Source: Salinispira sp.
Lineage (GTDB): Bacteria > Spirochaetota > Spirochaetia > DSM-27196 > Salinispiraceae
DNA length: 64,000 nt
Reading direction: 5' to 3'
Assembly: GCA_965226555.1 (NCBI GenBank)
Contig: CBDDDG010000010.1
Coordinates: 384,001-448,000 of the forward strand
In this document: piece after piece, positions 50,754 to 62,104 of the stretch
Numbering within the stretch: the stretch's first letter is position 1
Layout of the letters: each line of letters opens with the position of its first letter
Notes under the pieces: model-generated
Told to the model about the DNA's origin: nothing
The model's input: the letters and a program-made list of their open reading frames with translations, nothing else
Databases searched by the model: none
Made by a program: the position numbers and the translations under genes

Positions 50754-52403
50754 ATGAAAAATACAGTGCTTACTACCCCGCTTATTACGTATGTTATTCT
50801 CGTTGCCGCAGTTCTGGTATTGACAGGATGCCCGGAAATTATCGAACCGACTTCGGAAATACGAACATTTTCGGTAATGTCTCAACGAAATAATAATAAC
50901 AGCTCGTATACTATCACTGCGAGTTTACGGGCGCAAAACAATGATGCGATCATTTATGTTGATAAGACAGAGACTGTCGATGATGAAACTCTCAACAGTA
51001 TTCTCGATGAATTTTCTTCCAACATTCTTCCTCTGGTGGAAAATACATTCAACTCCCGCATCACGGATCTTGATGATAATGGAAAAATCATACTGCTCCT
51101 TTTCGACATAGATGATGGATATGAGCAGTCAGATGATGAAGATGATTCCTACATTGCAGGGTATTTCGATCCAAACGATTTCTTCCGCACAAATACAGAT
51201 TCCTCAAACTACGGTGAAATACTGTACATCGACACCGATCCCGGCCTCACAATCGGCGACTTCCATTCGACCATATATTCGACCATAGTACATGAATTAC
51301 AGCATATGATTCAGTTTTCTTCCCGATTGGCAGCCAAACCCACCCTTCCGCTTCAGGAAACATGGATACTTGAAGGCAGCGCAGTTCTTACCGAACATCT
51401 GTACAGAGGCGCGCCCATTACTGAACGTATTCTCTATTATTATCTTAATCCTGATGTTCATCCGGTAGATGGAGGAGGCGGAGGAGATGAAATAGCCAAG
51501 GGCAATAATTTTCTTGTGTGGGGAGACGGTCCGAAACTGCTTGTTGATTATGCATCTGCCTACCTATTCTTCTGGTGGCTCAGTCTCCACGGAGGCGAGG
51601 AGATTCTGCCTGCAATTTCCGCTTCAGATCATGCCGATTATAAGGCCGTTATTGATGCACTACCGGCATCCTCCGGTTTTTCAGGAACTGTCGGCTCATC
51701 AAGACCTTCACAGGATATCTGGGAGCTGTTGCTTGCCCAGTGGTTTACGGCAACCATTGTTCAGAACCCAACAGGACTCCTCGGGTTTAAGGGCTGGCCG
51801 GGTATTCCCTCCGACAACTTGGTAGAATGCACCAACCCGAAAGACCCCACTAATGTCCGTTACTTCTACCCCATAAACGGAATTCTGTCCAGCTCGATCA
51901 CCCTCTACGTTGATAGCATGGGCCAACAGAGATTCTCCGGCGATCCTAACTTGACCAACTTCAATAATTATAAGCTACTGCCCGGCAATCGCCTTGCTGT
52001 TCTGAGCTATATCACCCATAGCGGCGGTACCGGCAGTCCTGCCGTCTATGGTATTGATATTTCTCTGGCATGTACAAATAAGTATGGCAGAGTACTCGGT
52101 ATTGATACGGGCACTAACACACTCGAGGCATCTGAAACCGCAAAAAATCTTCTCATTGTTTTCAATTCTTCCACCAATCCTGACGATAAAACCCCCACCA
52201 GAACCGGAACCTTTACCATACCACAACCGCCGCCTGCTGCAAGCGTGCAGGCGAGCCGATCTGCAGGATCGCAGGGCTTCTCTACCGCGCCGGATTTCTC
52301 TACCGTACAGGGTTTCTCCGTTAGGCAGGTGCCGATCCCGCAGATGCCCGATGACATACCCCCGCTGCCGCGCGGCATATACATTCGGCCACCCAATGAA
52401 TAA
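50754..52403 (+). CDS. Zinc metallopeptidase lipoprotein (HEXXH, M30-like)
   Basis: LTGC lipobox, IAGYF, VHELQH, WILEG. Confidence 0.75.
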   Translation: MKNTVLTTPLITYVILVAAVLVLTGCPEIIEPTSEIRTFSVMSQRNNNNSSYTITASLRAQNNDAIIYVDKTETVDDETLNSILDEFSSNILPLVENTFNSRITDLDDNGKIILLLFDIDDGYEQSDDEDDSYIAGYFDPNDFFRTNTDSSNYGEILYIDTDPGLTIGDFHSTIYSTIVHELQHMIQFSSRLAAKPTLPLQETWILEGSAVLTEHLYRGAPITERILYYYLNPDVHPVDGGGGGDEIAKGNNFLVWGDGPKLLVDYASAYLFFWWLSLHGGEEILPAISASDHADYKAVIDALPASSGFSGTVGSSRPSQDIWELLLAQWFTATIVQNPTGLLGFKGWPGIPSDNLVECTNPKDPTNVRYFYPINGILSSSITLYVDSMGQQRFSGDPNLTNFNNYKLLPGNRLAVLSYITHSGGTGSPAVYGIDISLACTNKYGRVLGIDTGTNTLEASETAKNLLIVFNSSTNPDDKTPTRTGTFTIPQPPPAASVQASRSAGSQGFSTAPDFSTVQGFSVRQVPIPQMPDDIPPLPRGIYIRPPNE

Positions 52404-52830
52404 AAGTACGCATGGCGGAGCGTTGCCCGTTGCCCGTTGCCCGGCGCGCGCGGCGCTCATTCCGGCGGCGTTGCTGCTGTTTCTGTCCATGGGCGGGCGG
52501 GAAATGACCACAGAATATGTATACGGGCAGGCCTTTCCAGCCGCAATACAGCCCAATGAAGCAGTCCCCGAGGCTGTGGAATATGGACTGGTAACCGTGG
52601 AGGGTCACCTAGCTTCTGTTGGGCATGAACCCTTCACGCAGTTGGCTCTGAAGATGGAACGGGAGGAAGATCTCGTGTATTACATTCTCAACGATGGCAT
52701 TGAGCACCTTCGCGGAGAACAGCGCATGATCACCCTTCAGGGAATGCTTTCAATTACCCCGATCTATTTCATCGATAACCGTCTCGCCTTTATTGAATAC
52801 CATCTCAGCGATGTACAAAAACTCCCCTAA
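52396..52830 (+). CDS. Hypothetical exported protein
   Basis: Overlaps the stop of the upstream gene, hydrophobic N-terminal stretch. Confidence 0.5.
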   Translation: MNKSTHGGALPVARCPARAALIPAALLLFLSMGGREMTTEYVYGQAFPAAIQPNEAVPEAVEYGLVTVEGHLASVGHEPFTQLALKMEREEDLVYYILNDGIEHLRGEQRMITLQGMLSITPIYFIDNRLAFIEYHLSDVQKLP

Positions 52831-52837
52831 GGTTTCT

Positions 52838-54628
52838 ATGATGAAAACACCATTATTTACGGCAGCCCATATTATCGGACTGCTTCTTATTGTTCTGGTA
52901 CTGACGGGTTGTCCCGAGGTAATACCTATGGACGATCCTGAGCCCGATCCCAATCCAATTCCGGCGATTCCCGCAGACACGCGGGAATTCATGGTCTACT
53001 CTTTCGCGAATAAGGAATGGCATTCTATTAACACCATTCTCAGGGCAGAGAGCGATGCCTCCCTCATCTATGTGGAAGAATCGAAGGACATTCCTCAGGA
53101 TATTATTGATGAGATTCTCGATGAATTTTCCGACAACATTCTTCCGCTGGTGGAAGGTATTTTCGGCGCGAGCAGCGATCTTGATAAAAATGGAAAAATC
53201 ATACTGCTCCTTTTCGACATTGATAATGAGTACAACAGTTCTTCCTACATTGCAGGGTATTTTCATCCGAACGATCTCCGCATAATGGAAAATTCAAACC
53301 ACGGCGAAATACTGTATCTCGATACTAACCCGGGACTCAGCCTTCGTTCATTGGAAGACTTCTACTCAACCATTACACATGAACTCCAGCATCTCATCAA
53401 TTTTGCTTCACGAAAGGCATCGAATAAGCCGACACAGGAAACTTGGATAATAGAGGGCAGCGCGGTGCTCACCGAGCATGTGTATCGCAAAGAACCGGTA
53501 ACCCGACGCATTGAATATTATTACCTCTGGGGAGGAGAAGAAATTGCCCGAGGCAACAGTTTTCTCACATGGGGAGACGGTGAACAACCGGTTGTCGATT
53601 ATTCATCATCATATCTCTTTTTTCTGTGGCTCTGGCTTCATGGAGGCGAGAAGATTCTGCCTGCAATTGTTTCTTCGGTGTATAGGGGGTATGAAGCTGT
53701 TATTGATGTAATACCCCGTTCTTCCGGCAGTACCTTCTTTAAGAACCTTGTCGACCCGAAGCAGACCAACGCGAAGAACTGGGAACAGATACTCGCGCAC
53801 TGGTTTGCGGCAACCATTGCCCAGAACCCAGCGGCAGAAAATGATGAGGCAACTGCCGCCGAACTGCTGGGCTTTAAGGGCTGGCCGGGGATCGGCGAGG
53901 AATGGGGAATAGCGTATTTCGGAGGCGGCTCTGCTGATCCCGACAAGTCCGACGACTCCACCGGCATTATCCGCTACCGAATAGACAGAATCCTCATCGA
54001 CCCGAGCGGCCCACCCGCCCCGGACACAGACACAGACAGCATGGATGAGACGAACGAAGAAATGCCCGACTGTCCCGACCCAGAATTTGAAATTGCGCTG
54101 CAGCCCGGGGGGCGCTATGCCGTTATGGCGCAGACAAGCATAGATGAGGACGATACCGATTTTACAACAATTAGCCATACCGACTCGCCCGCAGAGCTTG
54201 CGACCTACGGCATACATGTCGACTGGCCCCCGTACTACTTTTCCGACCCTACCGCCGGTAATTTTCACATTGTCGGCGTTGACACCGGCGATAACCCATT
54301 AATTGAATCACCGACCGCAGCCGACATTCTCATTGTATTCAACAAAGCACCAAGCAGCCTCGTGGTGGGAGCCGTGCCAGCCTGCGCGGGCACCTTCGCC
54401 GCCGCGCAGCCCCCGACGCCCCCGGCGCCAGTGGCGTCAGCGGTGCCGCATCAGCTCATGGAACAACCCGGACACTTCAGAAAAACAGAGCGCTTCGGAC
54501 GGGCAGCAGAGAGCCCGCGCATTCCCTTAGAAGAACTCCCAACCTTCATTGACTTCGCCGGCTTCATTGAACCGGAACCGCCGTTACTGCCGGTTAATCC
54601 ATTCATTGATCTTAGAAATGAGAATTGA
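52838..54628 (+). CDS. Zinc metallopeptidase lipoprotein (HEXXH, M30-like), paralogue
   Basis: LTGC lipobox, THELQH, WIIEG. Confidence 0.75.
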   Translation: MMKTPLFTAAHIIGLLLIVLVLTGCPEVIPMDDPEPDPNPIPAIPADTREFMVYSFANKEWHSINTILRAESDASLIYVEESKDIPQDIIDEILDEFSDNILPLVEGIFGASSDLDKNGKIILLLFDIDNEYNSSSYIAGYFHPNDLRIMENSNHGEILYLDTNPGLSLRSLEDFYSTITHELQHLINFASRKASNKPTQETWIIEGSAVLTEHVYRKEPVTRRIEYYYLWGGEEIARGNSFLTWGDGEQPVVDYSSSYLFFLWLWLHGGEKILPAIVSSVYRGYEAVIDVIPRSSGSTFFKNLVDPKQTNAKNWEQILAHWFAATIAQNPAAENDEATAAELLGFKGWPGIGEEWGIAYFGGGSADPDKSDDSTGIIRYRIDRILIDPSGPPAPDTDTDSMDETNEEMPDCPDPEFEIALQPGGRYAVMAQTSIDEDDTDFTTISHTDSPAELATYGIHVDWPPYYFSDPTAGNFHIVGVDTGDNPLIESPTAADILIVFNKAPSSLVVGAVPACAGTFAAAQPPTPPAPVASAVPHQLMEQPGHFRKTERFGRAAESPRIPLEELPTFIDFAGFIEPEPPLLPVNPFIDLRNEN

Positions 54629-54700
54629 AAGGGACGGGGATCGGCGAGGAATGAGGGCGCGCAGCGGGCATGCGTATGCGAGAGGGCATGAATAGCCCGA

Positions 54701-57484
54701 TTATGTCTGAAGGTCTTCGATATAGGCGCGCATTTTTTCAATTCTGCGGCTGAGGTCTTTGTGCTTTCTCCGCTCCTGTTCAATAATTTCTGCCGATGCT
54801 CCCGAAAGAAAGCCCTTATTGCGCAGTTTCCCTTCGGTCTGTTCAAGCGCAGCAGATTCCTTACGGATAGTCTTTCTGAAACGCTTCAGAACTTCATCCA
54901 CATCTATCATGGAACGAATGTAGACAAATGCTTCATACCCCTTTCCAACAACGGCAACAGCGCCGGCTCTGTCCAGCCCCGCATTGCCCCTTCTCCACTC
55001 AAGATCGGCAGTGCAGAATGTACTAACAACATTCTCTTCACTCTGTATACAGTCCGCCCAGGGGTAATTTTCCTCAAAACACACCGCCACGCGAATTCGG
55101 GAGCGGGAAGAAATGTTGAACTCAGAACGCAGGGTACGTACTGAACGAACAAGCTCCATGAGGTCTTCAAAGCCCTCTTCCGTGAATTCACGCCATTCTT
55201 CCACCACCGGATAGGGCTCTGCCATAAGTACCCGCTGCCCGCTGCCGCCATCGCCTGCGCCGGGCGCTTTCGCAGGGCTGGCTGCTCCATCGCCATCTCT
55301 GGGCGCTACTCCGCCATCGCTGGGTGTTTTGCCGTTACCGCCGCCGGGTAATTTCTGAAATATCTCTTCGGTAATATAGGGAAGAAAGGGGTGCAGGAGT
55401 TTCAGCCCCTCTTCGAGAACATATATGAGCAGGGTATAAATGCGTCTTCGCTCCGAGGCATCCTCGGAATAGAGGCTGAGTTTTGAAATTTCAATGTACC
55501 AGTCGCAGTATTCACTCCAGAAAAATTCATATACGGCCGCAGCAGCAGCATCGAATCGGTACAGGCCAAGGGCGCGGCCGACCTTTTCGGCAACTCTGTT
55601 GAGCCGTTTAAGTATCCAGCGGTCTGCCGCCCGGAGGGCATTGTTCTTCCTGACATTCTCAATGGGCATGGTTTCTTCCGGGTTCATAAGCAGATACCGC
55701 GCCGCATTCCATATCTTGTTGGCAAAGCGGCTGCCCATGGAAAATTTCTCCTTATCGAGAAGAATATCCTGCCCCTGAGTACAGAGATAGGCCAGCGTGA
55801 AGCGCAGGGCATCGGCGCCGTATTCATCCACAATCTCCAGAGGATCGAAACCATTCCCAAGACTCTTGGACATCTTTCGTCCCTTCTTATCTCTCACAAG
55901 ACCGGTAATATAAATATCTCTGAAGGGCGCCTTCCCCGTAAACTCCATGCTCGCCATAACCATGCGGGCAATCCAGAAAAAGATAATATCGTACCCGCTC
56001 ACGAGGGCAGTGGTTGGAAAAAAATCTTTCATGTCATTGGTATCTTCCGGCCAGCCCATAACCGAAAAGGGCCACAACCAGCTCGAAAACCATGTGTCCA
56101 ATACATCTTCGTCCTGAACAAAGGAACGCCCGGCATACTCGCTTTGCTGGGAGGGGTCCGACTCGGACACAAGCATTTCACCGCTCTCCCTGTCGTACCA
56201 GGCAGGAATACGGTGCCCCCACCACAGCTGACGGCTTATACACCAATCTCGAATGTTCTCAAGCCATGCCCGGTAGGTATTTTCCCATTTTCGGGGAAAA
56301 AAGCGAATGTCGCCATGCTCCAGCGCGCGCAGTGCCTTTTCGGCAAGGGGTTTCATTTTCACAAACCACTGCGTGCTCAAATAGGGTTCAATAACGGTAT
56401 TACTCCGGTAACAATGCCCCACGGGGTGCCTATGCGCAGCCTTTTCCACGAGAAGTCCCCGTTCTTCAAGGTCATTCACCACCGCAGTACGGGCGGCGCG
56501 CATGGTCAGTCCCCGATACTTTTCGGGCACATGCTCATTCAGGGTGCCATCGGGGTTCATAATATTAATTTCCGCAAGCTCATGCCGCTTACCCATATGA
56601 TAATCGTTGAGATCATGAGCGGGAGTAATTTTCACGCAGCCCGTTCCAAATTCAGGATCAACATATTCATCGGCAACAATCGGAACAATGCGGCCGGAGA
56701 GCGGCAGCTGTATTGTTTTCCCAATGAATTCGGTATAGCGCGCATCCGTGGGGTGTACGGCAACTGCGGTATCTCCCAGCATGGTTTCGGGGCGGGTTGT
56801 CGCAATTTCCAGCATTCCGCTCCCATCTTCCAGAGGATAATTGATGTGGTACAGAAAGCCATTGACGTCTTTGAATTCAACCTCGTCATCGCTTACGGCC
56901 GACTGCACGCCAACGCTCCAGTTTACGAGATAACTCCCCTTGTACACGAGCCCCCGGCGATAGAGCTCAATAAACACCTTCCGCACCGCAGCGCTCAGTC
57001 CCTCATCAAGAGTAAAGCGCTCACGGGTCCAGTCGCAGGATGCGCCGATTTTCCTGAGCTGGTCAGTAATGACCGCATGGTGCTCCTCCTTGACCTTCCA
57101 AACCCGTTTAACAAAGGACTCCCTTCCCATCGATTCTTTCCTGAGCCCCTCTTCCCGCAATTTTTTTTCAACAAGATGTTGGGTAGCAATGCCTGCATGG
57201 TCGGTTCCGGGAACCCACAGGGTTGGAACTCCCGTCATACGATGATAGCGGATGAGAATATCCTGAAGGCTGTTGTTCAGACCATGACCAATGTGGAGCA
57301 CTCCTGTAACATTGGGCGGAGGAATAACAATAACAAAGGGAAGCTCGCCGGCGCGGGCGTCCTTGCCCATCCTCTTGCGGGGCGCGCTGGACGCGCGGGG
57401 AGAGAAATGGCCGCTGTTCAGCCAGAGCTCATACATTGCGTCTTCGAATTCTTTTGGATTATAGGATCTGCTTAAGGTCGTCAT
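54701..57484 (-). CDS. valS: Valine--tRNA ligase
   Basis: PPPNVTGVLHIGH, GTDHAGIATQ, TTRPET, KMSKS. Confidence 0.98.
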   Translation of the reverse strand: MTTLSRSYNPKEFEDAMYELWLNSGHFSPRASSAPRKRMGKDARAGELPFVIVIPPPNVTGVLHIGHGLNNSLQDILIRYHRMTGVPTLWVPGTDHAGIATQHLVEKKLREEGLRKESMGRESFVKRVWKVKEEHHAVITDQLRKIGASCDWTRERFTLDEGLSAAVRKVFIELYRRGLVYKGSYLVNWSVGVQSAVSDDEVEFKDVNGFLYHINYPLEDGSGMLEIATTRPETMLGDTAVAVHPTDARYTEFIGKTIQLPLSGRIVPIVADEYVDPEFGTGCVKITPAHDLNDYHMGKRHELAEINIMNPDGTLNEHVPEKYRGLTMRAARTAVVNDLEERGLLVEKAAHRHPVGHCYRSNTVIEPYLSTQWFVKMKPLAEKALRALEHGDIRFFPRKWENTYRAWLENIRDWCISRQLWWGHRIPAWYDRESGEMLVSESDPSQQSEYAGRSFVQDEDVLDTWFSSWLWPFSVMGWPEDTNDMKDFFPTTALVSGYDIIFFWIARMVMASMEFTGKAPFRDIYITGLVRDKKGRKMSKSLGNGFDPLEIVDEYGADALRFTLAYLCTQGQDILLDKEKFSMGSRFANKIWNAARYLLMNPEETMPIENVRKNNALRAADRWILKRLNRVAEKVGRALGLYRFDAAAAAVYEFFWSEYCDWYIEISKLSLYSEDASERRRIYTLLIYVLEEGLKLLHPFLPYITEEIFQKLPGGGNGKTPSDGGVAPRDGDGAASPAKAPGAGDGGSGQRVLMAEPYPVVEEWREFTEEGFEDLMELVRSVRTLRSEFNISSRSRIRVAVCFEENYPWADCIQSEENVVSTFCTADLEWRRGNAGLDRAGAVAVVGKGYEAFVYIRSMIDVDEVLKRFRKTIRKESAALEQTEGKLRNKGFLSGASAEIIEQERRKHKDLSRRIEKMRAYIEDLQT

Positions 57485-57498
57485 TGTACTTATTGGCG

Positions 57499-58731
57499 CT
57501 AATTCCCTGCCCGCTCCCTGTTACGGGAAATACGCTGCATTTTACGATAGTATTCTGCCTGCTTCTGTATTTCATCAACATCCGAGCAGGATAGTTTATT
57601 GTCCATGACCTGCAGGCACTTATTGGAAAGCATTTCCGAAATAGCCTGATGGCCTTCCTGCTGACTGAGTCCAACCATCTGAATAAGTTCCTGAGTTCCA
57701 AAATTAAAGGTATACCCTTCTTTACGGGATATATTCACCCTGTTTTTCTCAAGCTGTATAAGAAGGGCATCGTAGAGTTTTCCCACAGGATTATCGAGGA
57801 GGGTATTTGCCAGCTGCTTGTAGATAAACCACATGCGTTCCGACATAAGGGTTGTTATTCTGCTGATAATTTGGGGTTGGGTCCGAACCATTGTCTGAAA
57901 ATTTCTCCGGTTTACCGCCAGAAGAACGGAATTTTCAAAAGATATGGCAGATGCCGAGCGGGGCTTGTTTTCGAGCAGGCTCATTTCTCCAAAAATATCT
58001 CCCGGCTTGAGCATCGCCAGAAGCACCTCATTATTGTTCATAATCTTTGTAATCTTCACCTGCCCGCTCTGGATAACATACAGCTGGCGTCCGGGCATTG
58101 TTTCTGTGAAGATCATGGTATCCTTGGGATAGGACCGTGTAAACTCTGCGGTTTCTTCATCGAGATAGACAGCCTGCTGGTAGGGCTGTATTTTTCCCAT
58201 GTTTCTTTCGGCATCGGATCGGTTCGCGCCATTGGGACAAAAGCGAAGGTACTGATAATAGGAAAAATAGGCCTGATTATATTCATTCCGCTTTGAGTAA
58301 TACTCTGCCACATAAAAAATATGCTCGGCTCCCGTCTGGCCATCATCGCCGGACTGCTGGGTGAGTCGGGTGAGCGATTCATCTAAGTAGCGCATTCGCC
58401 GGGAAAACGATTCAATTATTTTCATTGCCACAGAGGTATTGTTTTCAATGAGGAGACCATAGTGTTCGCGTTTTATTGATATGAGGGAAACATCGGTTAC
58501 CGCCTGCGCTGTCTCAATGTGGCTGTGCCCGCTCATCGTGGAAACAATACCGAAGAAATCGCCGGCACTGAGTAAGCTTTCTCCTTCCTCGGTTACTACC
58601 TCAATTTCCTTACTCAGCCGAATTTTTCCGGTTCGTATAATAAAAAACTTGTCGGCATGCTGCTTACCTTCAACAGTAATGTATGCGCCCTTCTTAAAGG
58701 ATATTACCGATAACCGAATTGCTGGGGCCAT
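57499..58731 (-). CDS. Crp/Fnr-family protein with two cyclic-nucleotide-binding domains
   Basis: GDFFG and GDIFGEMSLLENKPRSASA cNMP motifs. Confidence 0.85.
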   Translation of the reverse strand: MAPAIRLSVISFKKGAYITVEGKQHADKFFIIRTGKIRLSKEIEVVTEEGESLLSAGDFFGIVSTMSGHSHIETAQAVTDVSLISIKREHYGLLIENNTSVAMKIIESFSRRMRYLDESLTRLTQQSGDDGQTGAEHIFYVAEYYSKRNEYNQAYFSYYQYLRFCPNGANRSDAERNMGKIQPYQQAVYLDEETAEFTRSYPKDTMIFTETMPGRQLYVIQSGQVKITKIMNNNEVLLAMLKPGDIFGEMSLLENKPRSASAISFENSVLLAVNRRNFQTMVRTQPQIISRITTLMSERMWFIYKQLANTLLDNPVGKLYDALLIQLEKNRVNISRKEGYTFNFGTQELIQMVGLSQQEGHQAISEMLSNKCLQVMDNKLSCSDVDEIQKQAEYYRKMQRISRNRERAGN

Positions 58732-60092
58732 TATACGTAAAACTCCCTACTCACTTCATGCCGGGGAAATGATCTCGTGAACTCGTAAACCTCTCCGGCA
58801 ATGCGTGTAATTGTATTCTGATCGTTCCCGTTTCTGAGGGCTCTCACAATAAAATCGGCAATTTGTTTCATATGGGGCTCTTTCATACCGCGGGTTGTTA
58901 CTGCGGGAGTTCCAATGCGGATACCGCTGGTTACGAAGGGGCTCTTGGTATCGTAGGGGATGACATTCTTGTTCACGGTGATATTGGCCTGATCAAGTAT
59001 GGCCTCGGCATTCTTTCCTGTCATATCAAGATCACTCAGGTCCAGAAGCATGAGATGATTATCTGTTCCCCCCGAAACAAGCCGCATTCCATGGTCTTCA
59101 AAACAGGATGCAAGGCAGGAAGCATTTTTGAGAACCTGCTTCTGGTATTGCGCAAATACGGGACTGAGCGCCTCAGCGCATGCCGCAGCCTTTGCCGCAA
59201 TGATGTGCATGAGGGGTCCGCCCTGCAAACCCGGCATTACCGCTGAATCGATAAGTTCGCCCCATTTTTTTGTTTTTCCCCCCACCGTATGCACTCCCAG
59301 GGTATTTTCACCATCGGTTCCGATGAGTATGAGCCCGCCCCGAGGTCCCCTGAGTGTTTTATGGGTGGTTGTGGTAACAAAATGAGCATGCGGAAGCGGA
59401 CTGGGATGAAGACCAACAGCGACAAGCCCTGCAATGTGGGCAATGTCTGCCATAAAAAATGCTCCCACTGAATCGGCTATGTGCCGAAAACGCTCAAAAT
59501 CGATAATCCGCGAATAGGAGGATGCTCCAGCTATAATAAGTTTCGGCTTATGTTCTCTGGCAATTTTCTCCACCGCATCGTAGTCGATGCGCTCACTCTC
59601 CCGGGAAACGCCATAACTCAGCGCATTGTAAAATTTTCCCGAAAAATTGACGCTCAGGCCATGGGTGAGATGCCCGCCCTGCGCAAGATCCATTCCCAAA
59701 ATGGTATCTCCATGATTCAGAAGCGTGAAATACACCGCCATGTTCGCATTACTGCCCGAATGCGGCTGAACATTTACATAATCGGCTTTGAAGAGTTTCT
59801 TTGCACGTTCCCGCGCCAAATTCTCAATCATATCCACATATTCACAGCCGCCGTAATACCGCTTACCGGGATACCCCTCTGCGTACTTATCGGTAAGGAC
59901 AGTGCCGGCTACTTCCAAAACTGTTTCAGAAGCAAAATTTTCACTGGCAATGAGCTCAATTTTTTGCATCTGCCGATTTTCTTCTTTAATAATATAGCCA
60001 TAGAGCTCGGGATCCGATACCCGGACACGAGTATAGGGATCATTTCTCTGTTCTTTTGTACGAGTACTCCGAAAACTTCTCCGATTATACAT
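58731..60092 (-). CDS. glyA: Serine hydroxymethyltransferase
   Basis: [31 protein letters not shown]. Confidence 0.98.
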   Translation of the reverse strand: MYNRRSFRSTRTKEQRNDPYTRVRVSDPELYGYIIKEENRQMQKIELIASENFASETVLEVAGTVLTDKYAEGYPGKRYYGGCEYVDMIENLARERAKKLFKADYVNVQPHSGSNANMAVYFTLLNHGDTILGMDLAQGGHLTHGLSVNFSGKFYNALSYGVSRESERIDYDAVEKIAREHKPKLIIAGASSYSRIIDFERFRHIADSVGAFFMADIAHIAGLVAVGLHPSPLPHAHFVTTTTHKTLRGPRGGLILIGTDGENTLGVHTVGGKTKKWGELIDSAVMPGLQGGPLMHIIAAKAAACAEALSPVFAQYQKQVLKNASCLASCFEDHGMRLVSGGTDNHLMLLDLSDLDMTGKNAEAILDQANITVNKNVIPYDTKSPFVTSGIRIGTPAVTTRGMKEPHMKQIADFIVRALRNGNDQNTITRIAGEVYEFTRSFPRHEVSREFYV

Positions 60093-60402
60093 TGACCACC
60101 CTCTGAAGGAATAATAATTCAGAATATATTGATTGTCAATAAAGGGGCTTGTGGATTTATGGGATTTTAACGGCGCACGCGCATGAAGCGCGCAACGCCG
60201 GGCAGCCCCACGGGCTCCCGAAATGCAATATTTTCACAGCTCCCTACTGATTACTCCCTCAGGAGCGGAAGCAGCATTTCCATGCGAACTGTAAAATGAT
60301 CGCTGGAGGTTCCATTCACCCTTATTTTCTCTTACGGCTTGACTCCTCTCTCACATTCCACTACAACTAAAGAAGTTCATTCTTTGCCTCCCGGAGATTA
60401 CC

Positions 60403-62084
60403 GTGATTACCATAACAGACCTGTCTCTTACTTTCGGCAGCAAGCCCTTGTTTAAAGAGGTTAACCTGAAATTCACCCCCGGAAACTGCTACGGCATTAT
60501 CGGAGCAAACGGCGCCGGAAAATCGACCTTCCTGAAAATTCTCAGTGGAGAAATTGATAATTACAGCGGTGAGCTGAGTATCGTGAAACGGGCGCGTATT
60601 TCGGTATTGAAGCAGGATCAATTCGCCTATGATGAACATTCAGTTATGAACACCGTTATCATGGGAATCCTGAACTCTATGAGATAATGATTGAGCGGGA
60701 AAGACTCTACGCGAAAGAGGACATGACCGAAGAAGAAGGCATGCAGGTTGCGGAACTGGAGGGTACCTTCGGAGAGATGGGCGGCTACGAGGCAGAATCG
60801 GAGGCGGGCATTCTCCTTTCCGGTCTGGGTATCGACACCGATGTGCATGAGGTACCGATGGCAGACCTTGAGGGTCCGCAGAAATTTCGGGTGCTTCTCG
60901 CGCAATCGCTCTTCGGAAACCCGGACATCCTCCTGCTTGATGAGCCGACAAATCACCTTGACCTTGAATCGATTAACTGGCTTGAAGAATTTCTCGGTAA
61001 GTTTGAAAACACCGTTATTGTTGTGAGCCATGACCGGCATTTTTTGAACAAGGTCTGTACCCATGTCTGCGACATCGACTTTGCCCGGATACGGATGTAC
61101 CTCGGCAACTACGATTTCTGGTATCAGGCAAGTCAGCTCATTGCGCGGCAGAAAAAAGACGAGAAGCGCCGCGCCGAAGACAAGGCAGCCGAATTACGGG
61201 AATTCATACAGCGGTTCAGCTCCAACGCAAGCAAGGCCCGGCAGGCAACCAGCCGAAAGAAAATTCTGGAAAAACTCAACCTCGATAACCTGCCTTCAAG
61301 CAGCCGGCGCTTCCCCTATGTTGCCTTTCAGCCTGAAAGAACCTGCGGCAAAGAAGTGCTCCACATCAGAAACCTGAGCGCGGACAGCGGCGCTCGCGCG
61401 GGCGCAGCACACGCAGGCGGCGCGAACACAGCCGCGCAGGCACCGGCGCTTTTCAGCGGTCTGAACCTGTCGGTCAACCGCGGCGACAAAATTGCGCTTA
61501 TCGGCCCCCTGAGTCAGCACAAGCAGATACTCTTTTCCCTGCTCTCAGGCGATCTGCCGTCAGACAGCGGCGAAATCGAATGGGGGAGCACCATCAACAC
61601 AGCCTATCTGCCCTCCGACAGCAGCTCCTATTTCACCGGAAAGGAAAGCATTATTGAGTGGCTGCAGCAGTTCAAACCCGAAGAGGACGAGACCGCCCTG
61701 CGGAGTTTCCTCGGACGCATGCTGTTCTCAGGCGAGGATGGCATCAAACCCGTCAATGTTCTCTCGGGGGGTGAACGTGTCCGCTGTATGCTCAGCCGTA
61801 TGATGCTCTCCGGCGCCAACGTTCTGCTGCTCAATGAACCAACCAACCATCTGGATCTTGAGAGTATCACCAGTCTGAATAACGCTCTCATAAAATTCGG
61901 TGAAGTCATTATTTTTAATTCTCATGACCACGAATTTATCTCATCCATTGCTAACCGCATCATCGAATTCACTCCCGCGGGAATCATCGACCGTTCAATG
62001 CCCTTTGAGAATTATCTGGCAGATAAAAATGTCGGCGAACTCCGCGACAGCATGTGGCACGGACATCAGCGGATAAGTATTTAG
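60403..62084 (+). CDS. ABC-F family ATPase (YbiT/YkpA-like), one frameshift near 60663
   Basis: GANGAGKST, LLLDEPTNHL, LSGGE; one extra G in ATGGGAATCC restores MGNPELYEIM. Confidence 0.88.
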
Positions 62085-62104
62085 CATTGGGGTAATATGA
62101 GAAA

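Noticed and set aside
56144..57475. Long antisense ORFs (443 aa over valS; others over ileS, fliF, fliK)
   Set aside because: Shadow frames of conserved genes with no recognisable motifs
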